A stretch of DNA of 64,000 nt, taken from assembly GCF_036321535.1 (NCBI RefSeq), contig NC_087436.1, positions 120,592,001 through 120,656,000 of the forward strand. The letters run 5' to 3'. Below are positions 13,184-23,900 of the stretch, one piece after another. The notes below the pieces were generated by a model. That model worked only from the letters and a program-made list of their open reading frames with translations, was not told the DNA's origin and did not search any database. The stretch's first letter is position 1. Every line of letters begins with the position of its first letter. The position numbers and the translations under genes were made by a program. The DNA comes from Camelus dromedarius. Its lineage: Eukaryota.

Positions 13184-15409
13184 TTTTCTGAGTATTTTTC
13201 ATCCCTTTAAAAACTTCTGAGAGTTCCTCCCTGCTACGCTGGGCATGAGGGTCGGAAGGCAGGACTATGTGAGAAAGGAAGGATGGGCGCTCCCCGCCCC
13301 ATGTTCTTTCTCATAATTCTACCAACCACAGGTGACTACTACATTTCCACCCAGTCCTTTCCAGATGTTGCTCAGAGTTGAGATCACAGTGTATTTTCAG
13401 TGTTTTTTTCAAAATAATACTCCATAAGCATTGTCCTTGGCACACCAGCCTTTCAATGGGGGATGCAATTCTGTATTTGCCACCTTCCTGTTGTTGGGTA
13501 TGCAGTTCGCTTCTCTTTCAGCCCTCCTGCCTTCCCTCTTCTGCAAGTTTCAGGTTGTTCTTTTGGGATGCTTGTCTGGAAGGAAGCTCACTGGAGTGCG
13601 AGGCTGGGGCGTGTTGCTTGATCAGGAGACGTGCCTTTCGCTCTCCCTGAAGCCCCCAGCGATCCTGGTCTCAGATCACAGTAGCCAGGCTGCCCTTCCC
13701 ACTCTGGGCTGTAGGTGGCGGTTTCAAACCCTGTGGATTTCTCAGAATAATACCATTCAATCTTCTTACCCTCCAATCTCGTTCCTGATGAAACCTTTAA
13801 CTCCCTTGCAGGGTGACATACAGAGTCTAACCCATGTATCTTTCAACCTCAGAAAAAACTTTATTACAATGTTAAATATTTTCACCCCAACTTAAAATCG
13901 GCACTCTAATAAGTTGGAGCCTGCCCGCACTACGCAGTCTTGCCCATTCTTGCTGGGATACACATCTCCATGACAAAGCTCAGCGCAGCCTCCCGAAATC
14001 CTCCTCTGCTCAGCGAGAATTAATGGGTCCACATTGCCTGAGACATTCCTTAGTGCCCCTCGGAGCCCTCCAGGATCTGCTGGCTACTTTTGCCGCCGTG
14101 ACCTCTCACACACACACACCTGTTTTGCCACATCTTCCAGTGCACACTCCGACTTCATCGACAGCATTGCCTTGCCCTGGAGAGCCCTCCCTGCATTCTC
14201 CTCCTAAGCCTCTCCCCAGCTGCTGGCTGGGAGAGCCCCAGCTCCTCTGTGTGCCTGCTGACACTTCTCTTTCAGCCCAAATAGAAGACCTGGACTGGAA
14301 TGATGATGCTTCTGTGACTTAATCAAAGGCTAACTGCTCCAAATTGTTTTCTCATCTGAAAAACTGGGGCAGGAATGCGCATCCCCTAGGGCTGAGGTGA
14401 GAATTAAATGAGCTTAATAATAAAATATGCTTAAAATTGAGCAAAATCTCAAAGCCTCGGTTAATGCTTGTTCTTTCTCCTCTTTACTCATTACTTTTCC
14501 TTCCCAGTTGCACAAAACAAGCTCTCAGTGCACGTTCCTGGAAATGAGCCGGCTCACAAATGACACACTTCCACTTGACGCAACTGACACAACTCACTTG
14601 CCTTAAAAAACAAGATCACTATTTCCCATAGGACGTGGGTGGTTTTGTTTATCAGATCTTATTTTGTCTACATCATCTCTTTGCTCATCGAGGTGTGAGA
14701 AGCAAATCTTGTTTAATTTCCTCAGTCCACGTAGTGTCCACAAGGCCCCTTACACATGCTGGGTGCCAATAAATCCTTGTGGAGGAGCGGATGGCTTGTT
14801 TTTACATAATACTGATGGTCAGAGCCCTTCTTCCTCATGCTTCATCTTTCCCAAGGGACCTCCCTGGAGTCCGTCTCTCCCTGGAGACACTTAGAGGGCA
14901 CGGTAGTTACTCTAAGCGGCTGGACCAAAGCTTCCCTGTAAAGCCACCTGACACCTCCACTGATCCACGGAGGCTTCGTGGTCACTCAGGAGCCTTGAAG
15001 GGGCTAGGGGAGCCCCCACCTTTGTGCCATCTTGGCTGCCTCCACTGTTCCAGCTGTTCCCTTGTGCCCACAACTGGCGCAGGGGCTGCAGAGCTGCCTG
15101 CAGCTTCCTGGGAAAATCCTCGAGGCTCTGACATTGCTGTTCTGGTTTCAGGTGGGGTCTAATCTGGTGACAATTCCTCTTGGATTCAAAAGCCAGTTGA
15201 CAGGAGGGAAAGGGCAAGAAGAAGTGGCTGTATTTAAAGAATGGAAGCTGGGCTTGGAGCTGTTTGATGGCCTCTCTGTGTGGAGGGATGACAAGAGCAT
15301 TGGGGTTGGAGCGAGTTTGATTCCCAGAATCCCTGGTTTATAACTGTGTGGCCTTGGGAAAGACATGTAACTCACCTGAGTCTTCCTTTCCCTGACTAGG
15401 AAATCAGCA

Positions 15410-15670
15410 AACTATGGGTACCAAAGGGGAAGTGGGGGAGGATAAATAGCGAGTTTGAGATTAACAGATACATATTACTATATATAACATAGATAAACAA
15501 CAAGGACCTACTACACAGCACAGGGAACTATATTAAATTTCTTGTAATAAGCTATAATGGAAAAGAATCTGAAAATATATGTGTGTATATATGTATAATT
15601 GAATCACTTTGCTGTACAATTGAAAGTAACATTGTAAATCAACTACAATTTAATAAAAAAAATTTTTAAA
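15410..15670 (+). mobile_element. LINE-1 3' UTR fragment
   Basis: taaacaacaaggacctact..cacagggaactatatt ... tgaatcactttgctgtaca ... ttgtaaatcaacta followed by an A-rich tail. Confidence 0.85.
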
Positions 15671-15869
15671 AGCAGCTAGTTTAGCTCACAACTCAAGTGG
15701 GTGCTATTCCTCAAGACAACTACTGTCCTCTGTGCAGAAGCACTTTATGACTACTTCTTATTTCATGTACTCAAGGACTGAGTTTTAACAGAACTAATCA
15801 TTTGTATTACTTCATCATCAAAAACAAAAGCAAAAACAAAAACAACAGGTGGGAATCATAATAGAGGCA

Positions 15870-16050
15870 GGCATTGCTCTGAGTGCTCACTGTGGCATCT
15901 GGGCATCGTTCTAAGCCCTGGGCCCATATTTGTTAGTTTAATCCTAACAGCAGCCACACAGGGCAGATGCAGTTACTAGCTATTAATGTCCCTGTTATAC
16001 AGATGAGAAAGGGAGGCCTGGGAGGCTAAGTGACTTACTTGAGGCCACGT
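15870..16050 (-). mobile_element. MIR SINE remnant
   Basis: tttaatcctaacagc ... tacagatgagaaa..gaggc..ggaggctaagtgactt. Confidence 0.65.
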
Positions 16051-17188
16051 GTCAGGGCGATGGGGCCAGTCTGCTCTGTTGCTTCCTCCAGTCACCTGCC
16101 TTCTCTCCAGGCCTTACAGCACAGGCACCAGGGAGACTCCCACGAGGGTGAGCCCCCTTCCCACTAGCCACTTTGTCCTTCAGAAAGGGCTAGGCTGGCA
16201 GAGCCTTCAGGTGAGGGTAGGTAGGTGGGGATGGGTAGGTAGGGGTGGGGAAAGTTGGGGTGAAAGTCTGTCTTCTGGTTCCTTCTATGTTGGCGTTGCC
16301 ACTGCAGAGATGCCAAGAAGGTTCCCGGAACAAGCAGTCTCCAAGTGCCTTCTCCTCATTCTTGTCCTGCCAACTGGCCATTGAAAGGATTGGAAGATTC
16401 CCACAGGGTGACTAGGTTCAGAAGCTGAGAGGGGTCAGGGGAGGTGGGGAGAGAGACAGCCCCCCTCAGGGGCTCCAGGAGCCACAGAGAGCAGAGAGTC
16501 CTATCTCCAAAGGTGTTTCCAGATTGCAGGACGCTGGAAGCCAACCCTCCTTTCTCTTTCTGTCTGCTTTTCTATACCTATTCACCACACCCATCCCCTG
16601 ACATTCTCGTCTCTTCTTTACTGTTCCTTCCTCATCTCCTTCCTTCTCTCATCCCTCCTCCAACCCTGTTTCCACTTCTTGCCACTCTTCCTGGTTCAAC
16701 AAGAATGGATCCTGGCCCTGGCCCTGGCCCTGAGCTGGGAGTTGGAGCTGGGAGCTCGACCCAGCCAACGCATGCTTCCTCTCTCTAGATCCCTCCTTGT
16801 AACTCCCCCTGCCCACCCTGCACAGCTCCCTCTGCCCCCTCAGTCTCCTGTCTCCAATTCCCCCACAAACCACGGGGACTCCAGTTTGGTGCCAGCCCAG
16901 AGGAGGGCAGCGCGCGCGGTGAGGGGCATTGGAGAAGGCTGGCTAGCATTTCAACTGCGCATGAGTCACCCCAGAGCCTCCGGTGGAGGCTTGACCACTG
17001 CCAGGACCAACCTGGTCCCGAGCAGAGGGGCCTGAAGCCCCCTCCCTCCAGTCTACGAGAAGGGAAGGAAAGGCAAGACAACAGCAAAGAGACCTCCGTG
17101 CGCCCTGCCTCCCGTCCCTTCCCGCCTAGCTTCAGCCACGGGACGGTGCCGAGGGCAGCTCAGGGCTGGGCGCGGGGCGGCGATTGCA

Positions 17189-17209
17189 TTCAGCACCCTG
17201 GACAGCGCC
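17189..17209 (+). promoter_or_regulatory. RE1/NRSE (REST-binding) element
   Basis: TTCAGCACCCTGGACAGCGCC versus consensus TTCAGCACCACGGACAGCGCC; it differs only at the two spacer positions. Confidence 0.85.
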
Positions 17210-17466
17210 GCGGGCGGTGGCCGGTGAGGCTGCGTCCGCTTTCCGCCCGCCCCGGCCGCGCCCAGCTGCGCAGCGCAGCGCGCTTGGCCAGAGCACCGGA
17301 ACCCTGCGCTTGCCGCCGCCCTGAGTGCCGCTCCGAAACTGCCCGCAGGCTCGGGATCTGCGGATTCCGCGTGCGCACCGGCTCCACGCCGGGCTTTCTT
17401 CCGCCCGCGCCCAGTCGGCCCCCCGCTACTGTTGTCCCTCAGGGCGCCGGGCGAACCGCTAGCGCC

Positions 17467-18125
17467 AAGGGCTGGGGAGAGCGCTGCCGGCGGGGCCGCT
17501 CGCTCTGGTGTTGGCCGCGTCGCTGCTGTCCAATGCGCTGGTGCTGCCCTGCGCTTACACAGCCAAGCTGCGCGCGCGCTTCGGGCATCTTCCACCGGTG
17601 AACCTGTCCCTGGGCCACTTGCTGCTGGCGGCGACTTGTCCTTCACGTTGCTCGGCGCACTGCCGGGGCGGTCGCCATCGGGGCCTGGAGCGTGTCAGGA
17701 CATCGGCTTTCTGGACACTTTCTTGGCGTCCAATGTGGCGTCACGCTGAAAGTGGCGGCAATGAGCGCGGACCAGCGGCCTGCGGTCTGTTTCCCGGTGC
17801 GCTATGCAGGGCGCCTGCGACCACGCCACGCCCACCTGCTGCCGGCCTACTCAAGAGGGCAGTTGTTGGCCTTCGGGTTCGCGGCGCTCGCCTGCTCCTG
17901 GCTCGGCTACCTCGGGGCCTTTGCGTCGGGCTCACTGTGCTTGCTGTCTGAGAGAAGCGCCGGAGCTCCACCACCTTGGCTTCCGCGCTCCACGCAGGCG
18001 GCTTCGCCTGTGGCTGGCGGTGCTCAGCCTCGCTAGCTCAAGGTGCTGGGGGTGGCGCGTGACCACTCTTGACACAACGACTTCATCACCATTCAGGTAG
18101 TTGGCTCGTGCACCCCCGCCCAGCC
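17467..18125 (+). pseudogene. GPR78: GPR78 pseudogene, exon 1 remnant (orphan class A GPCR, GPR26/GPR78 family)
   Basis: Successive frames give LLSNALVL..AY..LR, VNLSLGHLLLAA, FTLLG..GACQDIGFLDTFLASN, SADQR.AVCFPVRYAGRLRPR, CSWLGY..AFAS.SL and LAVLSL.S. The ATG position reads AAG (17467). Frame changes near 17480, 17632, 17741 and 17950-18010. Immediately upstream of CPZ, as in human. Confidence 0.92.
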
Positions 18126-18910
18126 CCGAAGGCTGCACCCGGGCTCCTGTATTCCCCTGGTAGCTGGCTCAGAGGCGCTTGCTGGCACCAACAACTTCCC
18201 CTGCACGCAGCTCACAAGTTTCCACTTTGGCTTGTTTGTAACTTCTCTGTGCTTCTGCTGCTTCTCAGCGTTGGCATTAGCCCTGTGGGATAGGTGCGGC
18301 AGTGGACAGGAGCTTTGGGGCCAAGCTTGGGAGGTCTGAGCTTCTGGGAAGGGTTGCCCCCACCCTGCAGTGTGTGTGGGGGTCAGCCGTGCCCTGGTCT
18401 TCCTGACCTCTGCCCTGCTGACCCAGTGGCTTTATCTGACCTGAGACCCAGGTTCTGTCTGCTCACTGCGTGGCATGCACTTGCCCATTGAGTCTCCAGC
18501 TGGGGTCATGGCTGGGTTTGCCTCCTCTGACCTGCGCACCGAGCCCCTGCAGCTCTCTTGCTCCAGGCCACGCTCCTTCCCATGCCAGGCAGGTCCAGGT
18601 GGCTCTTCTCTCACTGAGGGTCCATCCTGCTCTTCCCTCAGGGATCTTAGTTCCCTACCCACAGAGCGGAAGCGGGGAACTTAGAGAAGGAAAGGGGGGA
18701 AAGATTGTCCCCTCCATCCTGCCCTCTGTGCCTCCACTTCTTTCACTTTTACAGAGGAAACCCACGTCTTTCTGTGGCTCTCTCTCTTGTCCTGTCCCTC
18801 TGTATTCCTTGGATTATCCAGCAGGACCATCCCTCAAGAACCTGCCTGGGCTCGCCTCTGTCCCCTGACCCCCCAGGCACCCTGTCTGCTGAACTCTCCT
18901 CTCCCTGCAG

Positions 18911-19012
18911 CGTCCAGCAGGGCTGCCTCAGTGAGCAGAAGCTGTGCTTCGGAAAGATCAGCCTCTTCAGTGGGTCCTTCATCATCCACTTTGCCCCGAA
19001 TGTTGTGACTAG
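18911..19012 (+). pseudogene. GPR78: GPR78 pseudogene, exon 2 remnant
   Basis: ctctccctgcag acceptor; VQQGCLSEQK..KISLFSGSFIIHFAPNVVTR, compare human VRQRCLIQQK...KIGIAIATFLICFAPYVMTR; donor AG|GTGGGT. Confidence 0.88.
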
Positions 19013-20308
19013 GTGGGTGGGTCCTGACTCTTAGGCCCCTCTCCTGGGAGCTGCTGGGGAGTGGACTCCGGCTCAGTGCAGACCACTGAGATCTTCCAGC
19101 CCTGGACCTGAAGGGAAGCTGACATCCACAGGCCCCCTCCACCACACCTGAGCCACCAGAAGGCTCACTGTGGTCAAAGGTCCTGGAGCTGAGATGTCAC
19201 CAGCTCCTCTTCCTGCGCTTTAAATGAAGAGACTGCCCGGTCCATGGAGACCGACCCAGGCACAGGCAGGGCAGGCTCTGTCTGAGCAAACAGCTGGCTC
19301 CTTCTCATCCCGCAAAGATTTCAAAATCAGTTGGGCAAACTGGGAGCAATCCAGGCCTGAGACTCAGCGTCCCCTGGGCATGGGTGGAGGGGATCCTGGG
19401 TGGAAGGCCAGGCTGGGGCCTCAGGACTGTCACAGCTGCTCCTCCCACTGTCTGTTTCCCTGGAGACCCTGGCCTGGAGCTTGCAGGAGACTGGGGAGGA
19501 GCCTGTGTAAAGGGCCTGCCGGCACCACTGTCACAGTCCTGTGATGAGGGCGGTGTGTGTCTGTGTTCCTGCCTACAGGGTTCTTGAGGTTCTCATTCTG
19601 TGGCCAGGCCCCTGCAGTGGTCAGGCTCCCTGGATGATCCTTACTGCCCCCTAGGAGGTGCTGATGGTCCTCAACGTCACGGGGCTGGGTCGCCTATGGC
19701 CCAGGCCACCACCCCAGGGGAGGGAGCAGGCCTGGGGCACAGGTCCAGCCTCCTGGCTCTGCTCGTGCGAGGATGTCCTAGGATGCCCTAGGATGCCCTG
19801 TGAGGTCACCCTGTCTGCTCAGGTTGTCTGTCTCAGGTCATTCGGCTTGTAGGGTGTCGCAGGGAGAGGATATACATCCCCCACAGGCTAAGGCTAGGGG
19901 AGAGGGGCTCCTGAGCGCCCGTGCCGGGGGAGGGGCGGAGGGGGCTCTCTCCTCCCTGTCAGGCTCCCGCTGAGAACCAGAGCGCAGGATGCATCACGTG
20001 GTTTGGCCACCAGTCCTGCCCGGCTCAGGGATGTGGAGGGGTCTTCCCCTGAGTCACAGCACGAGCTGGGCCACGCTTTCCGGACACTAACCCACCGCAC
20101 TGCTCCCAGACTCAGTCTCTCAAGGCCCCTCACTGGAGACCTGTGGCTCAGAGGCTCGGAGAGCCTGCCCAGAGCCACTTGGCAAGTAAGCGTCGGGGCT
20201 GCCATTTGTGCTCATCTGTGGTTCTAGAACTTTCCAAACCTCTGGAGCACGGGTGTGTGTGCATGAGCTGGTCACTGCTGTGGAACCACCTGCCCACCTA
20301 CTCAGCAG

Positions 20309-20345
20309 GCTGGTGGAGCCTGAGCCTTTTGTCGCCGTCAGGACT
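20309..20345 (+). pseudogene. GPR78: GPR78 pseudogene, truncated exon 3 remnant
   Basis: ctcagcag acceptor in matching phase, then LVEPEPFVAV, compare human LAELVPFVTV; similarity stops after about 12 codons. Confidence 0.65.
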
Positions 20346-20784
20346 TTTGGGGTGTGGGTTGGAGATCGTTTCTGCTCCAGGCTCAGCCTCACGGCTGCAG
20401 GGTGGCCCTGGGACAGTGGCTTGCTCTCTCTGAGCCTCAGTTTCCCCTCCTCCATTCTGGAGTTTTTGTGATGCTTCAAGGTGGTGGGTCGGCAGGCACC
20501 CTGTGTAGTGCCTGGTGCCCAATGGGTCTCCTGTGGGTAACAGCTGTCATTATGGGTAAGGTGACCATGCATGCTTGGGGACAGGTTAACACATGTTGTT
20601 CCAGACTTATTATTAATATTGTCAGAATCATCCAGGTTGAAAGCTAAATTCTGTGGAGAGTCTGGTTTATGTCTCCCAGACCTCACAGCTGACAATCTGT
20701 GCTCAGAGTGAGACACCCCAGTGCAGGCGGGCAGAGGGTCCCATCTCTGAGAAACCTTGCAGTCAGCTCCCTCTGCTCCACTTT

Positions 20785-20945
20785 AAAAAAATAAAGATGT
20801 TTAATTTTTTTAATGTTTCTTTTATAATTTATTTTTTAGAAGGGGGAGGTAATTAGGTTTTTTTTTTATGGAGGTGCTGGGGATTGAACCTAGGACCTCG
20901 TGATGCTAAGCATGCCCTCTACCACTGAACTATACCCTCCCCCCA
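20785..20945 (-). mobile_element. tRNA-Ala-derived SINE (camelid vic-1-like)
   Basis: Reverse strand reads GGGTATAGTTCAGTGGTAGAGGGCATGCTTAGCATCACGAGGTCCTAGGTTCAATCCCCAGCACCTCCA (A and B boxes, AGC anticodon) plus A-rich tail; possible TSD ccacttt at 20778 and 20946. Confidence 0.85.
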
Positions 20946-23900
20946 CCACTTTTGTTCATCTTGATGCTCAGGGTCTGGGCTCACTGGTCGCACCTGCATC
21001 CTGTCTGCCTTTATTCGGTCCATGTACTAGGAAGGGTCAGAATCTCGACTGTGGAAGGACGTACAGAATTCCTGTGTCACAGCCTTTTGTGATGACGACG
21101 TCAGAGCACGTGGAGCCTGTTCCCATCTCCCACAGCCACCATCGGGCCTCTTGATGCCCATCATGAGACAGTCAAGAAAGGAAGAGCAGCAGGTAGAGCC
21201 CAGGTGTCCAGGGGTGCAGCAGCCGGGGGGCATGGGCCTCCCTCCCCAGCTGCAGCCACTCTGCCCTGCCCTGGAGCCCGGGGAGGGTGTGGCACCCCTT
21301 GAGTGGTGGCACTGTCTTCAGTCTAGTGGCCAAGGGGGCCACCTGCTGTCATTGTTCCCAAATGGACCGTGGCTTGCATGCACACCTGTCGCGTTTCACA
21401 GCTCAAAGAAAGAATGGCGCCCAGCATAGCAGTCGGCCCTCCGCAGAGAGGTGTGAGTGGGGGAGTGAATGAATAAGCAGACATTACTCCCTCATCAACC
21501 CTGTTCATCACTCTCCCCTTCCTCCTGGCCCCAGGCCACACCCTGCAGAATGAGGGGTGAGTGGCGTGACTGGGGGGCCACGTCGTAAGATAAGGCCTCA
21601 CCGCAGGGATCCTGCAAAGCCGTAGCATTGGCCTCCACCCAGGTCCGGGGAGAGACTGGTCCTGAGTTCCTTCCCTCCAGACACATGTGGCAGTCAGCTC
21701 TTCTGTCCTCTCGAGGTGTTAGTAACAGCTTACAGCCTGGTAGAGCCGGCCTTACAAATTCTTTTCCAACTAACTGGGTGTCGCTGGCTGCTTTTGCTGG
21801 TTCTCCAGCGCCTCCCTCAGCAGTGCATATTTAAGTGCTTATAAATTACAAGGTGCGAGTCAAATAAAACAAATTATTTGGGCAAATAATAACTATAGAT
21901 CGGTGATCAGGAAGCAGTTAAAAGCATAAACCACCCAGAGAGTTCAGTGAAAGCCATCCTTCCAGCCCTGGATGGTGGGCGGCAGGTGAGAGGCTCACAG
22001 GCCTAGAGCCCCCAGGCCCCCCGGGTGCCCCCAGTGCTTGTCTGTAACTCCAGAGCCAGGCCGTGAACACGCAGGAGGAACCCTCTCCCTCCCTGGGAAC
22101 TTCTCCGGGGTGGCAGGAGCCTGCACACTAGCTGGGCTGCACCCCATGTTACCCCGGGTGCAGATTTGCTGCGTTAAAATCCACACATAAAGCCGTCAGT
22201 CCATTTGAGGACATGTGTGTATCCTGACCTGTGGGCAACGCCATGGTGGGAAAGAGACGACACTTACTAGAGGTGGTGGCTGTTCCTCCCCCTGTGCCGC
22301 CTTCTCTGAAGCCCCAGCGGAGTCTTCTGGAAGACGTGCTCAGGCCCCTCCCGAGGGGTGCTGTTCGTTGTATCCAAGCCAAGCATTCTAGAACATTCTC
22401 TCTGTCAGCTGATGTGGCTCACTCATTGTGCTGTCTTTCACCTCGGACTTGTGGTCTTTTTTTTTTTTAATTTTAAAGATACGTTTCATGTGCACTTAAA
22501 TGTATTGCAAAATGGTGTTGTGTCCCCAAGAACCTGGTGAACACCTTATTCAAAGGGTCTCTCATTTCTCTGGAAAGGAGTGAATGCTGCCTTTGCGTTA
22601 GCCCAGAGCCAATTGTCCGTTACCCCCAAAGTGGATCCCTCGCTGGGCTTCCAGGATCACCTGGCTGAGACCCTGCACCACGTGTGTGGGGGCGGGGGAG
22701 GGGTGCTCAACCCTGCAAACCTCGTGCTTTCCCAGTGCACGAACCAGCAGCACCCAGCACAGCACGTGCTCTTCTCTGGAGGGTCCTTGGCTCCTATGTG
22801 ATGCTCGGAGAACCTGAGACCCACGGGGCGGGGACCACTTGCCTCTGCACACGGGGTGGCTGCCAGCTTCCTTGGCAACTCCAAGCAAAGGCTGTGTGAG
22901 ATGAGGACCTCTCTCCAGTGCCCAGCAGGGGGATACTGAACCTGTGGGTGGACAGCCCTCACGGTTGAATTAAACATGCTAAGTTTACTGAATCAAGCGC
23001 TGTCGCAGAGGAAGCATGGGAGGGGGTTTCCGCTGGGGTAAGGGCATGGGAGTGGCCCCCGGAAATCTGGATGCTTCAGCCCGGCACCGAAGGAGGGGCG
23101 CACAGGAAACCATCTACAGGCCGGCGGAGGGGACTTCCAGCCCTCTTTGGGCTCCCGGCTGCCGAACCACCCCCACACAGTCATTGAGAGCCCCTGGCTG
23201 AGGCCAGGGTCTGGCCGAGGGTCCTTCGACTGTTGAAGTGATGGGTAGGGGACGGCAGTGCCTCTGCTCTCTCTGAGATACTGTGTGGCTTCTCGCTTAG
23301 TATTCTTATTCCATGAGCAGCTACCGCGGGCTGGTCCACCGGCCCTGGCATTTGAGTTCTTGCAGACTCAGACTCCAGCTGCGTCTGCTGCTCCACCTGG
23401 CCCCTAATGTGCAGGTCTGGCTGCATGCTGTCCCCGCCCCTCCTGGCCCATTATTTGGTGGACTGGCTTGACTGGCTGGGATGCAGTGAATGGGGAGGGT
23501 TTGGCCCTTGCAAAGGGTTAACCTTGCCTGTGACTTGCCCCTGACAATTTGGTGGGTCATGTTCTCTTGACTAAAAAGCTTTGTGCAAGAGGTTGTTTCT
23601 TCCAACTTCACTGGGGAGAAAGGAGGGTGGCCGTGGAGGGGATTACCAAATTCCCCCTGAGTCTTTAAACACAGCAGTGAACGCTGACCTTTCTGTCCGA
23701 TCAAAAGTGCTGCTCGTTTCAAGCTCTGTCGTTATTTTAGGCACCGCTCAGAAAGAAAACCTAACCTGACGAGTGGGCTGCAGTCGGAGGCACAGGCCTG
23801 GCCACCGAAGGGCCACAGGCTCAGAATGGAGCCCACCCCAGGAGAGGACAGCACGAGGGTCACCTGCGCTCACGCTGGCACACCACGGTGGTGGAGGGGA

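Larger units (their letters stand above)
17090..18130. promoter_or_regulatory. CpG island over the GPR78 promoter and exon 1 remnant
   Basis: Very dense CpG (e.g. cgcgcgcgct, cgcagcgcagcgcgc) and GC boxes. Confidence 0.8.

Noticed and set aside
17467..19012. Assignment of the GPCR remnant to GPR26, or a processed retrocopy
   Set aside because: Introns are retained, the N-terminal match and position next to CPZ fit GPR78, and GPR26 neighbours CPXM2 at a paralogous locus.
20869..20944. Functional tRNA-Ala gene
   Set aside because: The anticodon arm is disrupted, it is followed by a SINE-type A-rich tail instead of a T-run terminator, and a related degenerate copy exists at ~5650.
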